From: Octopus vulgaris
Lineage: Eukaryota
Reading direction: 5' to 3'
Assembly (NCBI GenBank): GCA_951406725.2
Contig: OX597830.1
Span: forward strand, 24,242,001 to 24,306,000
Length of the DNA stretch: 64,000 nt
The notes below the pieces were generated by a model that was not told the DNA's origin, ran no database searches, and saw only the letters and a program-made list of their open reading frames with translations. The translations under genes were made by a program, and so were the position numbers. The first letter of the stretch is position 1. Each line of letters opens with the position of its first letter. Of the stretch, positions 28,363-41,825 are shown piece by piece.

Positions 28363-28464
28363 TTATTATCATTCTTCTTCTTCTTCTTCTTCTTCTTCTT
28401 CTTCTTCTTCTTCTTCTTCTTCTTCTTCTTCTTCTTCTTCTTCTTCTCCTCCTCCTCTTCTTCT

Positions 28465-28499
<35 letters not shown>

Positions 28500-28544
28500 T
28501 TCTTCCTTTTTCTTCTTCTTCTTCTTCTTCTTCTTCTTCTTCTT

Positions 28545-28575
<31 letters not shown>

Positions 28576-28759
28576 AAAAATAATTAAGTATGCCTTTATT
28601 TCAATAAAGGTTTTGGTTTTGTTAAACGAAGTTAAGGCAAAAAAAAACTTCTTAAGAAACCAAATAGTCCTTCCTTCCTTCATGTCAAGTTTGTAGAAAA
28701 TATGTCGTTTGCATCTTACTTTTTTGGTCTCTTAAATGTACTGCATTTTGTGGCATTAT

Positions 28760-29039
28760 CTCAAGCCAGCCGGCTTTTTTTGCGCAAACTGCACGTGCAT
28801 TTTTCTCGCGTACTCGTAATATCGATCGCAACGGCTGATGTACTTGCGCGTACAAATGCACGATCCCACGGCTTTATCGATCGCATTTTCATCTGGAATC
28901 GATTTTGTAATTTTTTCAAGACTTATACACGCCCTGAGACCGTCAGTATCTACATATCAACTTTGAGCGCAATCGGATGGAGGATGCCCGAGGTCCTGGA
29001 AGACACACACAGACAGATAGAACGATTTTATGTAATAGA
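28760..29039 (-). mobile_element. Non-autonomous Helitron-like 5' end
   Basis: Minus strand a|TCTATTACATAAAAtcgttctatctgtctgtgtgtg...ccatccgattgcgctcaaagttg, typical of Helitron 5' termini. No 3' CTAG end seen. Confidence 0.55.
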
Positions 29040-29320
29040 TATATATATACGACAGGCTTCTTTCAGTTTCCGTCAAGCAAATCCACACACAAGACTTTGG
29101 TCAACCAGAGGCTATAGTAGAAGACATTTGCCTAGGGTGCGACGAAGTAGGACTGAACCTGGAACCATATGGTTGAGGAGTAAGCTTCATGTCACAGAGC
29201 CACGGCATCAAAAAAGCTAAAAAGAAAACGCGGGAGAGGAAGATCTCTAAAAGACATGGGAATTGTCCCTTCGTCTTAAATGAAACAGACAGACATAACA
29301 CGCCTACCGTCACCAATACC

Positions 29321-29352
<32 letters not shown>

Positions 29353-29767
29353 CAACAACGTTGACGACGACGACGACGACGACGATGACAACAACAACTA
29401 CAATAACAACTGCACTTCCAATTGCATATTTAACAAGCCAACATGTAGTTATTGTTAAATAGACGATTTGAATGTACCTAACGACTACTGATACGAAGCA
29501 TGACTACAGAAGAGAGTTCCTTTATGTTTTGGGTTGTTGTTGCTGGTGTCGTTGTTGTGGTGTCGTTGTTGTTGTTGTTGCTGTTGTTGTTGTTGTTGAT
29601 ACAATCTAACGAAATAAATTAACTGCTTTGACCTCTCATTCACAAGTGTGAAGCTTTTAAACAGAACGTGCTGTCATGTTTCGTTAGTCACATACGACGA
29701 GTCGTAGATGCATCACTTCTTCTTAATGCTCTTTTTATTTTTTCTTCAACTCTTGTGTCTCTCTCGT

Positions 29768-29832
<65 letters not shown>

Positions 29833-29843
29833 ATATATATGTG

Positions 29844-29888
<45 letters not shown>

Positions 29889-29889
29889 A

Positions 29890-29921
<32 letters not shown>

Positions 29922-29922
29922 C

Positions 29923-29961
<39 letters not shown>

Positions 29962-30237
29962 CATGTATATGCATACATACACACATATATACCATATATA
30001 CAGATACCTTTATATGTACATGTACATACATCTGTGTAAATATACATACACACACACACACACATATATATATATATGCGTATGCACATACATAGATACC
30101 TGTATGTATATATATATGTATATATATATACATACATGATATATTATGTGTATATATATATATATGTATGTATGCACATACATATACATGTATATATATA
30201 TATATATGTATGTATTTATATATATATATATGCATAC

Positions 30238-30310
<73 letters not shown>

Positions 30311-30785
30311 GCTATTTTGTTGATTGTTTTCTCCCGCGTTTCGTTCACTTTGTTACTCAAACGAACGAGCCGACTGATTTAATTAGCTAAGCTGTGCCTC
30401 AAAGCTAATGAGCTCTGATGTTTTCATACACGCATGCAAGTTTGTGTTGCTGTGCCTACTCATATGTGTATACGTGTTTTTATTTTGTGTTTTTGTGTGT
30501 GCGTGTGCTGTGCCTGTTGCGTAAGTGTGTCGTGCATTATGTCTGAGTGTGTGCGCGCATGTGCGTGGGTGCGTGCGCGCGCACATGTAACTGTGTGTTT
30601 GTGTGTGTATGTGTGTATGTGTCTGTGTGTGCGTGCGTGTGTTTCTAGGAGTCTATTATAGCTCTCGATTCCAAAACTGTGTGACGGCACCTTTCAAGTT
30701 AATCGTTATCTACACACCTGTTTGTCAATAAATATGGGTTTACATATGTGCGTAGATAGGTAGATAGAAAGAAAGAAAGAAAGAA

Positions 30786-30828
<43 letters not shown>

Positions 30829-30929
30829 TAGGTGAGTAGGTAGGTAGGTAGGTACGTAGGTAGATGGATGGGCAGGTAAAGAAGCGGGCAGATAGATAAA
30901 TAGATAGATTGATTGATTGATTGATTGAT

Positions 30930-30984
<55 letters not shown>

Positions 30985-31059
30985 TTGATTGATTGATATA
31001 TATATATGTATGTAGATATATATATATATATATGTGTGTGTATGTGTGTGTGTATAGAT

Positions 31060-31140
<81 letters not shown>

Positions 31141-31849
31141 GATACACAGGCATATGCCTATGTATATATGGATGTGTGTATGTATGTGTGTGTATGTGTG
31201 CGTCTGTGTGCGTCTGTGTATGTGGGTGTTTGCGCCTTCAGCAGGTTTGTTAACATACATATTTAAGCAAGCCGATACCTCCACAGGCAATCACACTCAA
31301 CTACGTATGCCCATTTTACATGTACGTGTTTGAACGTGTGTAGGTCTGAACGTCTGCATGCTTGTTGTCGTACAATGCATGGCTGTGTTCATTTGACAAT
31401 TTGCAGTAACGCATTCCTTCATAAATACTCGATTATTGGCATCCAAACTGCCTCCTAAAAGTAATGTAATGGAAATACAAGCTTTTCTTGTGCGCGAAAA
31501 TTGTTATCCATCCAAGGTAAACGCCATCAAGGGTGCCGTCTCCATAAAGAGCTTCAATAATTGTGTACTGGTTAACATACTGAAAGTTGTGAGCCGAAAA
31601 GGATTTACCATAACTGAAATATTGTGCCTAAATGCAATAATTTACAATAGCGCCTCTCGCAGAAATTCTACGTTATATGTCAGTATATTTAAAAACATTA
31701 CATGAATTATACTAAACACAGGCTAGGGATTTCAAAAAATTCTTTTGAATACCTGGTATTTAATCAAAACTGTATTTTTTAGATATATCGGAAAGGAACA
31801 TACAAGGTATTGCTTAATTACTTACTTTTGATATGTTTGAGGGATAAGA

Positions 31850-32145
31850 CGTCTGCGTTGGCTGGGTCATGCCCTCCGTCGTCAACCAGGAGAATTCATC
31901 TACGAAGCAATTGCCCCAGCTCCCCTTCAGGGTTGGCGAAAGCGATGTGGTGGACAACGAAAAACCTGGCTGATGACAGTTAAGGCTCATCTGGAACCCA
32001 ACCTAGGTCTCCATATCTACGGTGTTCGCCGCTGGAATAAGAAGTGGTTGGAGATCACGCGGTCGTTAAGCCTCAAATCGCCAGGCCTGGTCGGATGAAT
32101 GAAGCCAGCTCAGCCCACCCCGGGCGAATGCTGTCAAGTCAAATC
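31850..32145 (+). mobile_element. 5'-truncated RTE-clade LINE 3' end with 10-bp TSD
   Basis: RRLRWLGHALRRQPGEFIYEAIAPAPLQGWRKRCGGQRKTWLMTVKAHLE...GVRRWNKKW; gtcaagtcaaatc tail; TSD agggataaga at 31840-31849 and 32146-32155. Confidence 0.9.
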
Positions 32146-32539
32146 AGGGATAAGATGTGCTTTATAGTTTAAGAAAATAAAGATGAATTAAAAAGATAAA
32201 ACATACACACACACATTGTTGTGTCTAAGGAGATTCATCCTGTTTCATTAACACACTCACCAGTTTCTACTCATTTAAGTTTTCTTTTTCTAAAATGTTC
32301 GTTGCTTCTTGCAAACTCTTCAATAGCTGTTGACTCTGTTCGTTATCGGAGCTACGTTCTTTTTGTTTGTTTCTTGGTGCGCATGTGCATGCGTCAGTGC
32401 GCAAGTCTATTCACACACACACACACACATATATGTGTGTAGTGTATATTACATATAGATATGTAATATGTAAGCATGTATATATTTATATATATATATA
32501 TATATATGTATATATGCATATATACATATATATATATAC

Positions 32540-32630
<91 letters not shown>

Positions 32631-32764
32631 GTAGGATAGAATTTATTCGAAAAAATATTTTATCAATGGCCAGCATATTAAAAAATACCTTTAAAGGTTA
32701 AAATTATAAACAACTTATAAATAAGGGCAAACGAAATTTTTTTAGAAATTTTTTCGTTTGCCCT

Positions 32765-32826
<62 letters not shown>

Positions 32827-33002
32827 TACACACACACTTATATATATATATATATACATATATACATATACATATATACATACATATTTATGTGTCTAAG
32901 TCCTTTACAAATTGAGATTATATTCATTTCATTTCAGTTCAGCTATTTTTCAATTTATATCTACTAATCTTTCTATCTATCTGTCCATCTTTCTGTCTAT
33001 CA

Positions 33003-33069
<67 letters not shown>

Positions 33070-33083
33070 TGTATGTATGAATG

Positions 33084-33134
<51 letters not shown>

Positions 33135-33491
33135 GTATATCTGCCTGTTTGTCTCTTGAATTATCTTCAAATCTACGTGTTCCCTTCTGATGACGTGTCT
33201 ATCTGACCCTTCTCATAATCCTGCTAGCCATTTAAACCTAATAACAAAAATACTTAATAATAGCGGTGCTCCAGCAAGGCTGCAACCTTTTCTCATGAAC
33301 ACATAATCCATAAAACTGTAACATCTACTGCGATTTCTTAAGGTTATTTCACTTTAAATTAACAATCGATATCTCTTTTAATGCATAAATTCATAGATCT
33401 TCGTGATATTGCTTTATCATGTTAAACAATTCGATTGTACCTCCGACATGAACAAATAAAGGCTGAATAATATGGACCTCCACTCTCTTTT

Positions 33492-33526
<35 letters not shown>

Positions 33527-33544
33527 TCTCTCAATACATACCAT

Positions 33545-33835
33545 GGACTCTCCAGTTGTTAGACGACGTATGAGGGTTCTGCTTTGTCTTGCTGAACGAC
33601 TTCACAAATGATTTTATATATAGTGATCAAATGTTTGTGTTCACATAAGGTGAATCCTTCCATCAGGTCGACATTACCTGTACAGGCCCACAACGTGCCC
33701 CATGTCAGAAGATGAAATCATTGCAGAGAAACGTGAAATGAAGTGCTTTGCTCAAGAACGAAACCCAACGCCCGGTTTGGGAATCGAAGCCACGATACTG
33801 CAGTCGTGAGTACCACACCCTAACCACTAGGCCAA
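33545..33835 (-). mobile_element. tRNA-derived SINE (family A related), diverged, head fused to rDNA fragment
   Basis: Minus-strand head tggcctagtggttagggtgtggtactcacgactgcagtatcgtggcttcgattcccaaaccggg. Confidence 0.75.
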
Positions 33836-33844
33836 GCAAGCAAG

Positions 33845-34136
33845 CAAGCAACACAACTCTCGGGTCGAAGAACATCACCGATTGTCGCAGGCACCGAATG
33901 GGCCTGGCACCCGTTCTCGGCAGCCCCAATCGAGGGGACTCCGAACCTAGCCGGGCGAAACGATCGACCGTGTACGACCCTTACGCCACAGCTCTCGACG
34001 ACCGGTGCGGCCGATGAGATTCGGCGTTGGGCTTCTCCCGGTTCACTCGCTGTTACTTGGGGAATCCTGGTTGGTTTCTTTTCCTCCGCTTAGCGATATG
34101 CTTAAGTTCGGCGGGTAGTCTCGTGCGAGTTGAGGG
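33845..34136 (-). rRNA. 28S: 28S rRNA 5' fragment (about 290 nt, orphan pseudogene)
   Basis: Minus strand acccgccgaacttaagcatatcgctaagcggaggaaaagaaaccaaccaggattccccaagtaacagcgagtgaaccggg matches the conserved LSU 5' end. Confidence 0.93.
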
Positions 34137-34704
34137 CAGCGTGTGTGTTATAGTATTCGTGAGTTGGCAACTGCTGTTGCTGCCATCGCAGCCCCGTCGG
34201 CCGGCAGGAACGCTCGCAACGGGATCCACTGGGCGAACACCGACCAACGGCGGTGACGGCGGCCACGGCAGGCGAGAGCGGCGGGCGGGCTTCGAGGATG
34301 GAACGGGCGAGGATGCATAAGAGAGGAGAGAGCGAGCGAGCGGCGGTCGCGAACAGACCGGGCGTCAGTCCGCTTCGTTCGTTCGTCGTCGTCGTCGTCC
34401 GCGCGCGAGCGGCCTCGCTCTTCCTCTTCTGCTGCCGCTGTCAGACTCCGTTACGTGTCGGCCGTGCGATTCGGGGCGGGCAGCGCGGCCGTCGCAGCGC
34501 TTCGCAACGATGACGGTCTGGCATTGCGAATGGAAGATAGAGCGGCGCGCACGCTAATCGAGCCGGAAGAAGTAGAAGGAGCGAGAACGAAAGATGAGGA
34601 GGAGTTCCCGTTCCTTCCGCCGCTTCCCCGGCGAGCGCCTTTTCCTGTGACTCCCGACTCCCCGCCGCAGCCAATGGCGGCGGCGTACGGCGTCTTCATG
34701 TCGT
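34137..34704 (-). other. ITS2 (about 570 bp, GC-rich)
   Basis: GC-rich spacer lying between the 5.8S 3' end and the 28S 5' end in the correct order. Confidence 0.85.
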
Positions 34705-34811
34705 GACCGCCTCTCGACCGGACGGGCCCCCGGGACGATGGGATCCCGGGGCCGCAATATGCGTTCAAGGTGTCAATATTCACTGAGTCCTGCAATTCGC
34801 ATCAATTCACG
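34705..34811 (-). rRNA. 5.8S: 5.8S rRNA 3' two-thirds (5'-truncated, orphan pseudogene)
   Basis: Minus strand gtgaattgatgcgaattgcaggactcagtgaatattgacaccttgaacgcatattgcggccccggg. Confidence 0.92.
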
Positions 34812-34867
34812 GCCAGAAAAGATGATGTAACACTACTCTGTTATTAATAATAATATTAATAATAATG

Positions 34868-34921
<54 letters not shown>

Positions 34922-34924
34922 GTA

Positions 34925-34968
<44 letters not shown>

Positions 34969-35149
34969 AACAATAACAACAACAACAGCAAGAAGAAGAA
35001 GAAGAAGAAGAAGAAGAAGAAGAAGAAGAAGAAGAAGAAGAAGAAGAAGAAGAAGAAGAAGAAGAAGAAGAAGAAGAAGAAGAAGAAGAAGAAGAAGAAG
35101 AAGAAGAAGAAGAAGAAGAAGAAGAAGATTCCTTTTTTATTAGATACAA

Positions 35150-35720
35150 GAGCTGAAATTTGGGGGGAAGGAGCCTGTCAATTACATAGTGCTCAGATAG
35201 TACTAATTTCGTCAACCCCAAAAAGATGAATGCGAGCCCGACGACATTTGCAATGAGAACATACAACCGAGAGAAATGCCGCCAAACATTTTGTATTTCC
35301 GGTTTGCTAACGATTCTTATTTCTTTATTTCCCACAAGGAGCTAAACATAGAGGGAACAAACAAGGACAGACAAACGGATTAAGTCGATTGCATCGACCC
35401 CAGTGCTCAACTGGTAGTTAATTTATCGACCCCGAAAGGATGAAAGGTAAAGTTGACCTCGGCAGAATTTGAACTCGGAACGTAAAGACAGGCGAAATAC
35501 CTATTTCTTTACTACCCACAAGGGGCTAAACACAGAGAAGAAAAACGTATAAAGTCGATTATATCGACCCCAGTGCGTAACTGGTACTTAATTTATCGAC
35601 TCCGAAAGGATGAAAGGCAAAGTCGACCTCGGCGGAATTTGAACTCAGAACGTAGCGGCAGACAAAATACCGTTAAGCATTTCGCCCGGCGTGCCAACAG
35701 TTCTGCCAGGTCACCACCTT
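35150..35720 (-). mobile_element. SINE family C cluster (three body units)
   Basis: ttatcgaccccgaaaggatgaaagg at about 35423 and 35593, diverged copy at about 35210; head gcatttcgcccggcgtgccaacagttctgccag at about 35680-35710. Confidence 0.85.
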
Positions 35721-35942
35721 TAAATATTACATTCATTAAATATAATATGCTTTACTGCATTAAAAATATTTTTCCTGAATATGCACAGCTGAAATTTGCG
35801 TGGGTACATCTAAAATAAACGTGATTTTTTTTTAAGCCATCAGAAATACAGTACATGTTTTCAGTGGTTGCTGATGGAAAAGCTTTGCTCCTATGCGTCG
35901 ATCAAGACTACTTTAGTCTACGCAAACCTGTGCTTCACCGTG

Positions 35943-36463
35943 TTACTCTTTTGCTCTTTTATTTGTTTCAGTCATTTGACTGGCCAAGCTGGAGCACCGC
36001 CTTTAGTCGAGCAAATCGACCCCAGGACTTATTCTTTGTAAGCCTAGTACTTATTCTATCGGTCTCTTTTGCCGAACCGCTAAGTTACGGCGACGTAAAC
36101 ACACCAGCATCGGTTGTCAAGCAATGTCGGGGGGACAAACACAGAAACATATGCACACACACACACACACACATATATATACATATATACGACGGGCGTC
36201 TTTTAGTTTCCATCTACTAAATCCACTCACAAAGGCTTTGGTTGACATTCAACTTCAGGTTTTAAACATTTAATTAATTACTCTGATATGGTAGCAGTTG
36301 TATGTAACCAAAATATTAGTTTTTGGTTGTTTTTTTTTAATGTTTCACTACGACCTGAGCCTATAGTAGAAGACACCTGCCCAAGGTGTCACGCAATGGG
36401 ACTGAACCTGGAACCATGTGGTTGGTAAACAAGCTACTTACCACACAGCCACTCCCACGCCTA
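35943..36463 (-). mobile_element. SINE family B (with internal insertion)
   Basis: gccgaaccgctaagttacggcgacgtaaacacaccagc...ctatagtagaagacacctgcccaaggtg...accacacagccactcc. Confidence 0.85.
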
Positions 36464-36919
36464 CATGCTGTGAATTTTCTTTGTCTATTTCTATCTTTTA
36501 GTCGAATCGGTCACGGAAAGACTTTTCATATCTAAACAATAAACAAAACGAAGAAAAAACACGTCTAATAATTCCGTAAGTTGGTTGAGTTTGTTGTTCT
36601 CATTTTATTAATTTTCTGCAGAGTATTTTTGTCTCTTCGTAACTGTCTATCAATTAAATATATGTTTTGTGTGTGTTGGCTTCCTGGAAGACGCAAAATA
36701 CATTTTCTGTGTGCAGGAATGTATGTATGTATGTATGTATGTATGTATGTATGCATGCATGTATGTATGTATGTATGTATGTATGTATGTATGTATGTAT
36801 GCATGCATGTATGCATGTATGTATGTATTGTGTGTGCGTGTGTATGTATTGAATTTGTGTGTGTTTTTTTGAGTTTAGCTGTTTCTATGTATGCATTTAT
36901 GAATATATGCATGCAATGA

Positions 36920-36952
<33 letters not shown>

Positions 36953-37621
36953 TGTATGTTTGTATGTATGAATCTTTGTGAGTGTGTGTGTTTGTGTTGT
37001 ATCTATGTATGCGTGCGTGTGTGTGTGTGATTTTTCGCGTTTTATGACTGTATGTATGTATGTATGTATGTATGCACAAATATATGTATGTTATCCTTCT
37101 TTTTCAAATTCTTCATTGCAGAATTACAACCTGTCTCTAAGAGAGTGACAATGTATGCAACTATAAAATATGTATAAATGTGCGTATGTATAAAAGTGTG
37201 AATGAATGTGTGTGTATATATATATATATTGTATATGTAAATATGCATGATTATATGCATGCTAACCGCCTTTATTTTTTCACATTCTTCTTCACAGACA
37301 TCAAACCGGTCACTAACAGAGTGACAACGTTTCTCTATTTGTGTCAAAACACTTCCAGATATTGATAAATAATTGAATGCGTAATACTATGTGTTGTTAA
37401 TGTGTGTGCGTGTGTGGTGGTGGTGATGGGGGGGGGACACAATGTGTGTGTCCAAAAGTACTTACATTCATGTGGAGGCTATACGCGTGCCTGTAGTACG
37501 CAAGAGTGCGTTATTGCTTTTAATGTACGTATGTATGTGTGTGTATGTAGGTGTGTGTATATATTTATGTATGTGCATGAGTTTGAATATATGTATGCAT
37601 GTATGATATATATATATACAT

Positions 37622-37702
<81 letters not shown>

Positions 37703-37706
37703 AATA

Positions 37707-37755
<49 letters not shown>

Positions 37756-37904
37756 GTATGTGTGTATATATGTGGTTAAGAAGCTTTCTTTGCCATAACA
37801 TGTCTCGGGGTTCAGTCCTGCGCCACACCTCAGTAAAGTGTCTTCTGTTGTAGCCTCGACCCGAATAAAGCCGTGTGAGTAGATTTGATAACACTTTGTT
37901 GACC

Positions 37905-38135
37905 AGTCTATCCGATACTGTCACACACCGCTGGTCACTATGCGCTTCGTACTGGTTTAGATTTCCAATGATGCCAGTCCGTCGCTGGGTTCCTCAGTTA
38001 CCTTTGGGCAGCCAGAAGCAACGGGTAATTAAGTGTTTTGCTCAAGGAAACAACTCACAGCTCGAATGGGAATCGAAACCACAATCTTATTATCACGAAT
38101 GCAACATCCTAACCACTAGGCCACGCTCCCTCACA
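37905..38135 (-). mobile_element. tRNA-derived SINE (family A related)
   Basis: gggaatcgaaaccacaatc...cctaaccactaggccacgc. Confidence 0.7.
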
Positions 38136-38344
38136 TGTATCATATGTGTGTGTTTGTGTGTGTGTGTGTGTGTGTGAGTGTACGCGCGCTTGTGAGTGTA
38201 TGCGCGCTTGTGTGTGCGTGATGGAGGCCGTGAGTGTATTTACATCTTCATTACCTAGCGGTTCACCAAAAGGGATCTATAGAATAAGTACAAGACAAAC
38301 GGTACCGCGGTTCAGTAAAAAAAGACCTACAAAATAAGTATGTG

Positions 38345-38760
38345 TTTCTGCCCACATTATTTAGCGGCTCGGCAAACAAAACGATGAAGTGCTAAGACTA
38401 GGCGCCTTCACAAGTCAGTAAAGGTGAGACAGTGTCACGTGACAACTTGGTGGGGCTGCCTGCTGGAGCCTAGCGGCAGGTATTTAAAGGGAAAAAATTG
38501 ACAAGTAAGTCAGTCACCGGCTGACACTCGCTGACGATACATCGAAGAGGCCAGAGAACAGAAGAAAGAAGAAAGAAGACATGCACCCAACACCAGAGCT
38601 GAAGACACCTCCGAAAGGAAGGGGGGAGCGCCACGTGAAAACGGTAGAGAAGTTAGGGGCCGAAACCGGACGTGGTTCCTTCTGATGATGTCTTGAGCTA
38701 ACTGGATCCTATAAAGGAGCTGTTGTGGTAGCAGACCACGAAACACGGTTGTAATTCATC
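38345..38760 (+). mobile_element. Penelope pLTR-like insert with two tandem hammerhead-like motifs, interrupting a family B SINE tail
   Basis: TATA-like tatttaaaggg at about 38481; CCAC-GTGAAAA-cGG..CC-GAAACCGGAC-GTGG (38631-38675); CTGATGA...GAAACAcggtTGTA (38682-38753). SINE B tail halves at 38225-38340 and 38770-38885. Confidence 0.55.
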
Positions 38761-39000
38761 AAACAAGACAAAGTACTGGAGTCGATTTTTTCGAGTAAAC
38801 CCTTGTCGGTGATATCCCAACATGGCCGATACTCCAACATGGCCGACACCCCAACTCCAATGAATGAAAGAAGAAACATAAAAGATGAGCTCAGTTTATT
38901 TTACCGGTTTCTGACAATCATGAGCTTTCTGTATGCTTTCGTGTCCCCAAGATATGTGTTTATCATAGACCCAATCGTATCAATACTGATACTACATATA

Positions 39001-39365
39001 CACCTTCTCCGCGACTTACGACTGAGTTCCGTTCCGACTGACAGTTCGTAAGTCGGACTTATATTTCTCAAAACTATTTTCATTCAAACGCGACTGATGC
39101 TTAAAAGCAACTGCGAGAGAGACAGTGGCAGGCAATGGCGGCTTGGGTCTGAGGGAGGCCTGCGTTGCCAGATACTGCCATAGTTATCCTACGCGTAGCT
39201 ACCCAACGTCAGAAAATCGATTTTTATATTTATTTTATTTTATTTACCTATTTATTTTTTGAGGTCGTAAGTGCAAATGGTCGTAAGTGCAAATGGTCGT
39301 AAGTGCAAATGGTCGTAAGTGCGGATGGTCGTAGGTCGCATAGGTCGTAAGTCGAGGAGAAGGTG
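39001..39365. mobile_element. Tigger/pogo-like MITE (Tc1-mariner superfamily)
   Basis: TIRs caccttctccgcgacttacgac / gtcgtaagtcgaggagaaggtg (21 of 22 match), preceded by TA and followed by TG. Confidence 0.85.
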
Positions 39366-39826
39366 TGGTAATTGCTGGTAAGGACACCGTATTTTGTTAT
39401 TCAATAATAATCCAATACCAAGTACATTAAAGGCTTATAAATCAATACTATGTCCTTCTTGTGTTAGCAATGCGATTAAATCACCTTTTATAAAATATTT
39501 CTTTAGATTTTCTATGGAAAATATAGCCACAGAAAACATTTCTTTCATATTTCTTCTTGCCTTGTTAATCTCACTCCTTTTTATTCCACTCCAGATTGTT
39601 CTCTATATTGAATCCGTACCATTCTAGAAAGAGTTTTATACCATTTGTTGACTTTTCCTTCACATCGCTGTAAATTTCTTATTGATTTTGACAGAATTTA
39701 TCGTTAATTAATTTTCTTACAGCCACTATCATCCGATGACGGTGATTCTCACTGTCAGTTTTCAGTAACTGTCTGAAGTGAGTAATTTAAACTCAAATGT
39801 TTTCAATTTGATATTCTGTATATTAA

Positions 39827-40020
39827 AGCGGTGAGCTGGCTAAATTGTTAGTACGCAGGTTAAAATACTGAGCGGCATTTCGTCCATCTAAGTTCTGAGT
39901 TCAAAGCCAACATGGTCGACTTTACCTTTCATACATTCGATGTAGATAAAATAAATACTAGTTGAGCACTTACCGCTTTCACAGAAATTGCTGGCCTTGT
40001 GCAAAAAATTGGAAACCTAT
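39827..40020 (+). mobile_element. SINE family C, diverged
   Basis: aagcggtgagctggc...gttctgagttcaaa...gtcgactttacctttcat. Confidence 0.7.
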
Positions 40021-40039
40021 ATTCCGAACAGTGCTCCTA

Positions 40040-40089
<50 letters not shown>

Positions 40090-40091
<2 letters not shown>

Positions 40092-40275
40092 CTTGACAAC
40101 CGATGCTGGTGTGTTTACGTCCCCGTCACTTAGCGGTTCGGCAAAAGAGACCGATAGAATAAGTACTGGGCTTACAAAGAATAAGTCCCGGGGTCGATTT
40201 GCTCGACTAAAGCGGTGCTCCAGCATGGCCGCAGTCAAATGACTGAAACAAGTAAAAGAGTAAAAGAATAAAAGA

Positions 40276-40315
<40 letters not shown>

Positions 40316-40712
40316 TCTGTAGTTGTTTATACGTTTTTCTTTTATTCTTTTATTCGTTTACTTGTTTCAGTAATTTAACTGCGGCCATGCTGGAACACCG
40401 CCTTAAAGGGTTTCAGTCGAAGAATGCGATCCCAGGACTTATTATTTGTAAGCCTAGTGTTTATTCTATTGGTTTTCTTGCCGCCATCATTTGACATCGG
40501 TTGTCATACGATGGTAGCAAGAAAAACAGTCACAAACACACACACGCATAAATATACATACATATATACATATATACGACAGACTTCTTTCAGTTTCCGT
40601 CTACCAAATCCACTCACAAGGCTTTGCTCGTCCCGAGGCTATAATAGAAGACACTTGCCCGGAACCATATGGTTAGGAAGCAAGTTCCTTACGACACAGC
40701 CGTGCCGGCGCC
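40090..40712. mobile_element. Two family B SINE pieces in opposite orientation (40090-40276 plus, 40340-40712 minus)
   Basis: gcttgacaaccgatgctggtgtgtttacgtcccc...gactgaaacaagtaaaagag, then the reverse-complement copy. Confidence 0.8.
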
Positions 40713-41262
40713 ACATAACCATACTTGCATCACACAGCCATGCCTGCGTCACACAGCCATGCCTGCGCCACACAGCCATGCTATAACATTGTTATGGTAT
40801 GATCAATATCGTTATACAATTCACAGTTTTCTGCAGATCAACGATAATTTGTTTTCTGTTTGCTACATCTATGACGCTATTTTTCATTATTTTCGGTTTG
40901 TTTATTTCTTTAGTATGTTAAAGATACTTACTTAACAGCTTTGGACAGAGCAAATAAACAGGCGTTTATTTGTCGAAACGAAGGAGACGTACTCTGTTGT
41001 AAACGTTGACCCTTATCTCATTGATTACTGTCAACATAAGCCCAGTAGCTTTCTTGTCAATACTAGCGGTATAAGGTGCATCTTGTAACGAGAAAACAAA
41101 ATAGCGAAATAGGAACACAATACCTCAATGTATGAGCATGTATGAGCATGTATGAGTATGTATGCATCTATGTATATGTATTGTGCACAGAAATATACAA
41201 TACACACACACACACACATATATATATACCTTTACCTATGTGTGTGTGTGAATGCATATCTA

Positions 41263-41670
<408 letters not shown>

Positions 41671-41672
41671 AC

Positions 41673-41823
<151 letters not shown>

Positions 41824-41825
41824 TA

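Noticed and set aside
34027-34795. GC-rich ORFs / apparent CpG-island gene
   Set aside because: Explained by 28S, ITS2 and 5.8S on the minus strand.
39263-39358. CRISPR-like direct repeats
   Set aside because: There are no spacers, the array lies inside a MITE, and the context is eukaryotic.
39380-39660. Possible CR1/L2 RT C-terminal remnant on the minus strand (..LIYKPLMYLVLDY)
   Set aside because: Too many stops and too little motif match to support.
40946-40996. Hammerhead-like cagag-hairpin-GAAACG..CGTA-ctctg (and partial motifs near 40-80, 12080-12115 and 16460)
   Set aside because: The CUGANGA box is missing or unrecognisable, so these were not counted.
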